From contig OW818653.1 in assembly GCA_942492995.1 (NCBI GenBank), positions 30,001 through 62,000 of the forward strand: DNA of 32,000 nucleotides, in the 5' to 3' direction. This stretch comes from an uncultured Erysipelotrichaceae bacterium (lineage in GTDB: Bacteria > Bacillota_I > Bacilli_A > Erysipelotrichales > Erysipelotrichaceae). The first letter of the stretch is position 1, and every line of letters begins with the position of its first letter. Made by a program: the position numbers and the translations under genes. Below, piece after piece: positions 26,227 to 32,000 of the stretch. The notes under the pieces were generated by a model. That model searched no databases. It was given only the letters and a program-made list of their open reading frames with translations, and had not been told where the DNA came from.

Positions 26227-28102
26227 TATGGACAAAAAGAATACACCCGCTAAAGGCCCAATGGGTGGTGGTCCAGGACATGGTGGACCAATGGGCGGTA
26301 TGATGCGTGGCGGTGGTGAAAAGGCAAAAGATTTTAAAGGATCAATGTCGAAACTACTTAAACGATTATCCCGTTATTATGGAAGATTTATCGCTGTAAT
26401 CGTCTTTGCGATTGCGAGTACTATATTTACAATTTATGGACCTAAGTTATTAGGCAAAGCAACAAACCGTTTATTTGAAGGGGTTGTGGCGAAGTTACAA
26501 CGTATTCCAGGAGCGGCTATCGACTTTGAATACATCGGGAATATCATCTTATTATTACTAGGAATGTATATTATTTCCGCAATCTTCTCACTTATCATGG
26601 GGATTGTAATGTCTCGTGTAGCGACTGATATTGGTTATGAAATGCGTAAAGATATTTCAATGAAAATCAATAAGTTACCTCTACGTTTCTTTGATAAAAC
26701 ACCGCATGGTGAAGTATTAAGTCGTATTACAAATGATGTCGATACTATCACAAATTCGCTCCAACAAAGTATGGTACAGATAATTACATCTGTCACAACA
26801 CTTATTGGGGTAGCGATCATGATGTTATCGATTAGTGTTTCAATGACATTAATCACATTGATTATTCTTCCATTATCATTTGTATTAATTATGATTATTG
26901 TTAAGTTCTCACAAAAACAATTCAAATTACAAGCTGCTTCACTTGGTAAAGTAAGTAGTCATGTCGAAGAAATGTATAGTGGACACGTTATTATGAAAGC
27001 ATTCAATGGTGAAAAGAAATCCATTGAAGAGTTCCAGAAGCATAATGATGAGTTATATCAATCTGCTTGGAAGAGTCAATTCTTCTCAAGTATCATGATG
27101 CCTCTTATGATGTTTGTTGGTAACTTAGGATATGTCGCAGTAAGTATTCAAGGTGGTATCTTAGCCATCAACGGTACAATTAGCGTTGGGGATATTCAAG
27201 CATTCTTACAGTATGTTCGTTCATTTACTCAACCAATTGCACAGACTGCACAGATTAGTAATACCTTACAATCTACAGCCGCAGCGGCAGAACGTGTCTT
27301 CCAATTCTTAGCAGAAGATGAAGAAGTAGAAGATATCACAGCACCAGCATCCATTGATAAAGTTGAAGGTCATGTTAGTTTCGATAATGTTCAATTTGGA
27401 TATAACGATAACGAACCTGTTATCAAGGGCTTTAGCGCAACAATCAAACCTGGTCAAAAAGTTGCGATTGTTGGTCCTACCGGAGCGGGTAAAACCACAA
27501 TGGTTAAATTGTTGATGCGTTTCTATGATGTCAATGATGGATCCATTAAAGTTGATGGACATGACTTACGTGAATTCAAACGTAATGAATTAAGAAGTTT
27601 ATTTGGAATGGTATTGCAGGATACATGGTTATTTAACGGTTCAATCGAAGATAACTTGAAATATGGGAAGCTAGATGCGACACATGAAGAAGTTGAAGCC
27701 GCAAGTAGAGCAGCGAATGTGCATCATTTCATTCATACATTACCTGGAAGTTACAGTTATGTATTAAATGAAGAAGCAAGTAACATCTCGCTTGGGCAGA
27801 AACAACTTCTTACCATTGCACGTGCATTCTTAGCGAATCCAAAAATCTTGATTCTTGATGAAGCCACATCGTCTGTTGATACACGTACTGAAGTATTAAT
27901 TCAGAAAGCGATGGATCAATTGATGGAAGGTCGTACAAGTTTCATCATAGCGCATCGTTTAAGTACCATTCGTAACGCAGATTTAATTCTAGTGATGAAG
28001 GATGGTAATATTGTTGAACAAGGAACACACCTTAACCTTATGGCTCAAGGTGGATTCTACCAAAACTTATACAATTCTCAGTTTGAAGAAGCTGAAGCTT
28101 AG
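26219..28102 (+). CDS. ABC exporter permease/ATPase fusion, consensus-NBD half of the heterodimer
   Basis: ATG overlaps the upstream stop, with AAGGAGG upstream. Walker A GPTGAGKTT, Walker B ILILDEATSSVD, H-loop IAHRLST. Non-canonical signature ISLGQKQ. Gly-rich N-terminal tail. Confidence 0.9.
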   Translation: MSNMDKKNTPAKGPMGGGPGHGGPMGGMMRGGGEKAKDFKGSMSKLLKRLSRYYGRFIAVIVFAIASTIFTIYGPKLLGKATNRLFEGVVAKLQRIPGAAIDFEYIGNIILLLLGMYIISAIFSLIMGIVMSRVATDIGYEMRKDISMKINKLPLRFFDKTPHGEVLSRITNDVDTITNSLQQSMVQIITSVTTLIGVAIMMLSISVSMTLITLIILPLSFVLIMIIVKFSQKQFKLQAASLGKVSSHVEEMYSGHVIMKAFNGEKKSIEEFQKHNDELYQSAWKSQFFSSIMMPLMMFVGNLGYVAVSIQGGILAINGTISVGDIQAFLQYVRSFTQPIAQTAQISNTLQSTAAAAERVFQFLAEDEEVEDITAPASIDKVEGHVSFDNVQFGYNDNEPVIKGFSATIKPGQKVAIVGPTGAGKTTMVKLLMRFYDVNDGSIKVDGHDLREFKRNELRSLFGMVLQDTWLFNGSIEDNLKYGKLDATHEEVEAASRAANVHHFIHTLPGSYSYVLNEEASNISLGQKQLLTIARAFLANPKILILDEATSSVDTRTEVLIQKAMDQLMEGRTSFIIAHRLSTIRNADLILVMKDGNIVEQGTHLNLMAQGGFYQNLYNSQFEEAEA

Positions 28103-28123
28103 GGTCGAAAGACCCTTTTTTTA
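28101..28123 (+). terminator. Rho-independent terminator of the marR-ABC operon
   Basis: agggtc / gaaa / gaccct hairpin followed by ttttttt. Confidence 0.8.
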
Positions 28124-28198
28124 TAACAAATTCGAAAATAATACTATTTTATAGGTGTATACTTTGGTTAAACAATGATTTCAAAATAAAGGAGCACC

Positions 28199-28858
28199 AT
28201 GAGATTGAACAAGATGATTTTAGTCTTAACTTTGTTTATTTTAAATGCATGTACTGTTAATCCAGAAGTTGATGTTCATACAGAGGCAACATTATCTCGT
28301 TTTCGATCACTTGAGATTCAAGAATATGAAGGTAAACTTTTAGATCCAGCCATTGGTCCAAGAGATAATTCAATTACTGGTGTTCAAGAAATTGATATAA
28401 GTACGTACCAATTAAAAATTACAGGATTAGTAAATAATGAAGTAACTTTGAGCTATGAAGATGTTTTAGAATTAACGAGTTATGAGCGTTTGATTACCTT
28501 ACATTGTGTAGAAGGTTGGGATGCGACTATCTTATGGGAAGGTGTTTTACTTAGTGATCTTATTGATCTTAGTGAAGCTAAAAGTAATGCAAATACTGTC
28601 ATATTTCATGCGGAAGATGGATATACAACTTCATTACCGTATTCAGTCATCAAAGATCGCCAATTGATCTTAGCGTATAAAGCCAATGGAATCGATTTAC
28701 CAAACGAAATGGGTTATCCATTTATCGTAGTTGCGGAGAACAAATTAGGGTATAAATGGGCACGTTGGGTTACCAAAATTGAATTATCATCGGATGATAC
28801 GTATAAAGGTTATTGGGAAGCACTTGGATATGATAATGATGCGGAATATGGGGAGTAA
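28199..28858 (+). CDS. Small lipoprotein with a sulfite-oxidase-family molybdopterin-binding oxidoreductase fold (YuiH/MsrP-like)
   Basis: Signal peptide with LNAC lipobox. Motifs TLHCVEGWDATILWEGVLLSDL and LAYKANGIDLPNEMGYPFIVVAENKLGYKWARWVTKIEL. AAGGAG RBS. Confidence 0.7.
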   Translation: MRLNKMILVLTLFILNACTVNPEVDVHTEATLSRFRSLEIQEYEGKLLDPAIGPRDNSITGVQEIDISTYQLKITGLVNNEVTLSYEDVLELTSYERLITLHCVEGWDATILWEGVLLSDLIDLSEAKSNANTVIFHAEDGYTTSLPYSVIKDRQLILAYKANGIDLPNEMGYPFIVVAENKLGYKWARWVTKIELSSDDTYKGYWEALGYDNDAEYGE

Positions 28859-28993
28859 AAAATTTAGTCTAAAAAGTTAAGTATAAGAATAGTGAATTTT
28901 TTGAATACCATTTGTAGTTAACAGTATTCTATTAGGAACATTTAAATAAACAAGGTAAGTAATAGTATAGGTGAATTTACATAACTTAAACTA

Positions 28994-29022
28994 TTGATAA
29001 TATGGGATATATACCATATAAT
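28994..29022 (+). promoter_or_regulatory. Promoter of the toxin-antitoxin unit with an embedded inverted repeat
   Basis: TTGATA, 17 nt spacer, TATAAT. ATATGG (29000..29005) and CCATAT (29014..29019) form an inverted repeat inside the spacer and -10. Confidence 0.55.
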
Positions 29023-29058
29023 ATAGGTAATTAAATTGAGTTCAGAAGGGTGGTCTGA

Positions 29059-29379
29059 ATGCATAGTGAATTTGAAGTTGAATATTATGCTAAAACTGAA
29101 AGGAATATTCCAGTTATAGAATTTCTAAATTCTTTAAATCCTAAACAAGTAGCGAAAATGTTACGAGAAATCCAATTATTAGAAACAAATGGCAATGATT
29201 TAAGAGATCCACACAGTAAAGCATTAAGAAATGGAATATTTGAGTTAAGAGCACAATTTGATGGCGTATGTTTAAGAATATTATATTTCTTTGCGGAGAA
29301 TAAAAAGATAATACTTACACATGGATTTGTAAAAAAAATTCAAAAAACACCTAATAAAGAAATAAATACTGCAATTTAA
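29059..29379 (+). CDS. Type II toxin, RelE/ParE superfamily (phage Gp49-like / HigB-like)
   Basis: IPVIEFLNSL, LRNGIFELR, LRILYFF....IILTHGFVKKIQKTPNKEI is the characteristic Gp49-like pattern. Followed by an XRE HTH gene. Confidence 0.8.
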   Translation: MHSEFEVEYYAKTERNIPVIEFLNSLNPKQVAKMLREIQLLETNGNDLRDPHSKALRNGIFELRAQFDGVCLRILYFFAENKKIILTHGFVKKIQKTPNKEINTAI

Positions 29380-29496
29380 TATAGAAACGAATATTTAAAG
29401 AAAATGAAGTAAATATACTTTAACAATCAACTCATTAAAATAAAAAAACTTTCTGAAACAATGAAATTAACAAATAACTAAAAAAAGGAAATAAAA

Positions 29497-29793
29497 ATGA
29501 AAAACACCTTTAAAGAAGATTTAGAAAAAAGACTCTCTAATCCCGAAGTAAAACATGAATTCGATTTACTCGATACTGAATATAAGATTATTCAATCAGT
29601 TATTGATATAAGAAAAGGACTTGATCTAACACAAAAAGAGCTATCGAATCTAACTGGAATAGATCAAGCAGACATTAGTAAGATAGAGAGAGGGATTGCG
29701 AATCCAACTCTAAAATTATTACAGAAGTTGGCAAATGGAATGGGTATGACGATTGAACTCAAGTTTGTCCCAAAACCTAAATTACCGATTTAA
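29497..29793 (+). CDS. XRE-family HTH antitoxin (HigA-like)
   Basis: HTH LTQKELSNLTGIDQADISKIERGIANPTLKLLQKLANGMGM. 98 aa. AAGGAA RBS. Confidence 0.8.
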   Translation: MKNTFKEDLEKRLSNPEVKHEFDLLDTEYKIIQSVIDIRKGLDLTQKELSNLTGIDQADISKIERGIANPTLKLLQKLANGMGMTIELKFVPKPKLPI

Positions 29794-29819
29794 GATACTA
29801 TATTATAAAGAAATACATC

Positions 29820-29850
29820 GAACTAACATTCAATTTGGTTAGTTCTTTTT
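29820..29850 (+). terminator. Rho-independent terminator after the TA pair
   Basis: gaactaac / 10-nt loop / gttagttc hairpin followed by ttttt. Confidence 0.7.
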
Positions 29851-29900
29851 ATTATTCACGAATAATTAATCCAAATTTAAGATTAATTGGTAATAGTTTC

Positions 29901-29924
29901 ATTATGTGATATGATTCACATAAT
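29901..29924. promoter_or_regulatory. Perfect 9-bp inverted repeat with a TGTGA-N6-TCACA core (Crp/Fnr-type site shape) overlapping a candidate promoter
   Basis: ATTATGTGA-tatgat-TCACATAAT. The candidate promoter is TTGGTA (29887..29892), 17 nt spacer, TGaTATGAT (29907..29915). Lies 25 nt upstream of the lipoprotein ATG at 29949. Confidence 0.5.
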
Positions 29925-29948
29925 AAATTCCATTGAAAGGAGTCTTTA

Positions 29949-30842
29949 ATGGGTAGACATCATAATATAATAAAGCAATTAATCAGTGTTCTATTAATTA
30001 GTCTATTAATCGGTTGTTCATCAGGTAATAATTCAGAAACAGATACAGATAATGTCGCTAACAATGATAATAACCAAAATACGAATACAGGAGATAAAAC
30101 GATAGACTCATTGAATATTGGTGATAAGATTGTCGATCCAAATTGGACTTGGGAATTTAGAAGAGGATATGGTTACACAGTATATGCTGATAATGAACAA
30201 ACTGCACCTGTTGTTTGGATTGTGGTTGCGAAGAATCATTATATGAAAGATTCTGTCACATTAATCGCAGAAAACTTATTAGGCTTTAACTTCTATGACA
30301 CTACACTCATGAGCGGTATGTTAGCTGGACACAATCATTGGGGTAATAGTGGACTTAATGGCTCTACTGGATTAAGACCATGGTTAAACTCTACCGATCA
30401 ACATTCAACGGATGGATTCTATAATGCGTTTTCATCAGACTTCAAAGGAATCATTCTTGCGACGAGTATAGAGAACATTAATGAAGAAGGATTGTCATAT
30501 ACATCTACAGATAATGTATTTATCCCTTCACACACAGAACTTGGTTTAACAGACCATACCAATACCTATGAAATTGGATCAAGTTATGAATATTTTGTTG
30601 GGGCTGATTATCTTAAATTACGCTCTAAAATACTTGGAGATAGCTGGGAAGAAGAGTACTGGACACGATCACCTTATGTGGATGGATATCGAGTTGTAGG
30701 TATGATATCTGACAGTGGATTGTATGTAAACACATTCGCAGATTTTGATAATATAGGTGTTAGACCAGTTATTAATGTGACGATTAATACAAAAATATCG
30801 AATGAAATGAATGATAATGGAGTATACGAAATCATGTATTAA
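29949..30842 (+). CDS. DUF6273-like lipoprotein
   Basis: Lipobox LIGC, then an Asn/Asp-rich linker. Family-like blocks PVVWIVVAKN, GLRPWLNS..GFYNAFS, DNVFIPSHTELG, EYWTRSP and IGVRPVINV. AAAGGAG RBS. Confidence 0.7.
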   Translation: MGRHHNIIKQLISVLLISLLIGCSSGNNSETDTDNVANNDNNQNTNTGDKTIDSLNIGDKIVDPNWTWEFRRGYGYTVYADNEQTAPVVWIVVAKNHYMKDSVTLIAENLLGFNFYDTTLMSGMLAGHNHWGNSGLNGSTGLRPWLNSTDQHSTDGFYNAFSSDFKGIILATSIENINEEGLSYTSTDNVFIPSHTELGLTDHTNTYEIGSSYEYFVGADYLKLRSKILGDSWEEEYWTRSPYVDGYRVVGMISDSGLYVNTFADFDNIGVRPVINVTINTKISNEMNDNGVYEIMY

Positions 30843-30862
30843 AAAGGGGCGAAAACCCCTTT
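30843..30862. terminator. Bidirectional terminator between the lipoprotein gene and the convergent YdeI-like gene
   Basis: aaagggg / cgaaaa / ccccttt hairpin. Confidence 0.7.
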
Positions 30863-30864
30863 AA

Positions 30865-31443
30865 TTATAACTGTGTAATTCTCTTACCATTTTTAGCCAA
30901 CTCAACAATTCGTTTTATTCTATTTATTCGTGTTTCATTACGTTTAGCTTGATTTATCCAGTAAAGTAATTGAATTTTATCACTACTTGAATATGAATTA
31001 AATGTAGATAATGCATCACTTGATGTACTTAATTCATCCATTAAATCATCTGGTATTATTATAGGATCTCGTGTCCAATATGCCGCATCCCATGCGCCAG
31101 ATTGTTTCGCAATTTCAACCATTTCTAAACCTTTAGGTCGCATCTGATTCAACTTAATTAATTCTTCTACATAGTTTCGATTAATCATTGACCAGACACT
31201 ACTAGATTTGCGTTTTGTACAACGTATCATGAAATAATCTTCATCAATTTTATTAACTCTACCATCAATCCAACCATATTTTAACATCTCAATAACCGCA
31301 TCTTTTAATCGAATTCCAGGTTTCATTGATTTAATCTTTTTAATTCTTAGCCATACGATGATGTCATTTAAATGGTTATGTTCTAACCAATTATTCCATT
31401 GTTCAATCGTATCGAAATCTAATTTAATTTCATTTGGTTTCAT
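30865..31443 (-). CDS. YdeI/OmpD-associated family protein
   Basis: Pattern WLRIKKIKS.KPGI, YGWIDGRVNKID, R...SVWS..N, GLEMVEIAKQSGAWDAAY, LLYWINQAKRNETRINRI. Confidence 0.72.
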   Translation of the reverse strand: MKPNEIKLDFDTIEQWNNWLEHNHLNDIIVWLRIKKIKSMKPGIRLKDAVIEMLKYGWIDGRVNKIDEDYFMIRCTKRKSSSVWSMINRNYVEELIKLNQMRPKGLEMVEIAKQSGAWDAAYWTRDPIIIPDDLMDELSTSSDALSTFNSYSSSDKIQLLYWINQAKRNETRINRIKRIVELAKNGKRITQL

Positions 31444-31572
31444 TTTTAATCCTTATAATCAACAGATCGATTAATCCAATTATAATATCAAAATGATAGT
31501 TGGGCATAATTATTATCTTTTCTATGACATGTGATAGGATATGCTTAAGGACAAAATCCAAAGGAGCTTATA

Positions 31573-31953
31573 ATGAACATATTCGTAAAAGAAGTTTCTT
31601 TATCGTTTGATGAAACAATTGAAAAACTAACAAAGAATTTAGCAGAAGAAAAGTTTGGCGTTCTTTCAACAATTCCACTCTCGGAAAAATTCAGAGATAA
31701 AGGGTTAGACTTTGAGGGTCGTTTGACTATACTTGATGTATGTAATCCAATCGAAGCATTCAGTGTATATAAAATTGATCCACTCGCTGTCAATTTCTTA
31801 CCATGTAAATTTGTAATACGTGAATCTAACAGACAAGTCACAATTGAAATGATTCGCCCAACAGATTTAATCGCATTAATGCCTAATGAATCACTGTTAA
31901 AGTTTGCGCGCGTAATAGAAGACAAATTAATTGCGGTTTGTACATCTATTTAG
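31573..31953 (+). CDS. DUF302 domain protein
   Basis: 126 aa. Motifs FGVLSTIPLSEKFRDKGLDFEGRLTILDVCNP and LPCKFVIRE. AAAGGAG RBS. The antisense ORF 31545..31925 has low-complexity Ser-rich content and no RBS. Confidence 0.72.
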   Translation: MNIFVKEVSLSFDETIEKLTKNLAEEKFGVLSTIPLSEKFRDKGLDFEGRLTILDVCNPIEAFSVYKIDPLAVNFLPCKFVIRESNRQVTIEMIRPTDLIALMPNESLLKFARVIEDKLIAVCTSI

Positions 31954-32000
31954 TTTGATTAAATAAGAAATATGCGAAAAATAATAGTTAGTAATATGAT

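Noticed and set aside
268-27562. Short antisense or out-of-frame ORFs inside long genes: 268..603, 2924..3127, 3337..3588, 5410..5610, 6731..6967, 8056..8262, 9381..9635, 10810..10995, 11245..11487, 11913..12128, 13104..13301, 13988..14179, 14432..14656, 16345..16527, 17007..17222, 17367..17573, 18414..18656, 21688..21960, 23154..23336, 24894..25358, 26635..26925 and 27308..27562.
   Set aside because: All are embedded in well-supported conserved genes. They lack RBSs and have low-complexity or odd composition typical of shadow ORFs in AT-rich DNA.
29462-29482. Mini-ORF ATGAAATTAACAAATAACTAA (MKLTNN) in the toxin-antitoxin spacer.
   Set aside because: It is six codons long with no RBS, and is expected by chance in A-rich sequence.
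31545-31925. 126-aa minus-strand ORF mirroring the DUF302 gene.
   Set aside because: It is Ser/Ile-rich with no family resemblance and no RBS. The plus-strand ORF has an AAAGGAG RBS and DUF302-like motifs.
1-32000. CRISPR arrays, tandem repeats, IS elements, prophage genes, riboswitch- or T-box-length leaders, and structured ncRNAs.
   Set aside because: No regularly spaced direct repeats were seen. Intergenic regions are at most 230 nt and are accounted for by promoters, terminators and one tRNA. No transposase, integrase or phage structural motifs were recognised.

Overview
AT-rich (roughly one-third G+C by eye) bacterial chromosome segment. The standard genetic code applies: TGA is a stop at 13168 and 15937, and Trp is always TGG. 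Genes have Shine-Dalgarno leaders, many overlap by 4-8 nt, and there are several Cys-lipobox lipoproteins. This fits a low-GC Firmicutes lineage (Erysipelotrichia- or Acholeplasma-like); that placement is inference only. Gene order: oppBCDF (no oppA in the window); a stand-alone tRNA-Ser(CGA); a nine-gene V/A-type ATPase operon (G-like, C, I, K, F, E, A, B, D); a small sigma-region-4-like HTH gene plus ptsI (no ptsH); a convergent, translationally coupled proC-azlC-azlD unit; a DUF2721 membrane protein; two inverted DUF3048 (YerB-like) lipoprotein paralogs around an EamA transporter, followed by an isochorismatase-family hydrolase; an ABC-2 exporter pair; plsY; marR plus a heterodimeric ABC exporter; and a small molybdopterin-oxidoreductase-fold lipoprotein. 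The window ends in a very AT-rich accessory-looking patch holding a Gp49/RelE-type toxin with an XRE antitoxin, a DUF6273-like lipoprotein, a YdeI-like protein and a DUF302 protein. I saw no rRNA, CRISPR array, transposase, integrase or reverse transcriptase. Every ORF of 100 aa or more has a recognisable family or fold, so I cannot support a wholly new multi-gene system. The best second-look candidates are the DUF3048/EamA/hydrolase cluster, the asymmetric ABC exporter with a large extracytoplasmic insert, the atypical V-ATPase proteolipid, and the terminal accessory patch. All family assignments come from motif recognition by eye, not from database searches.
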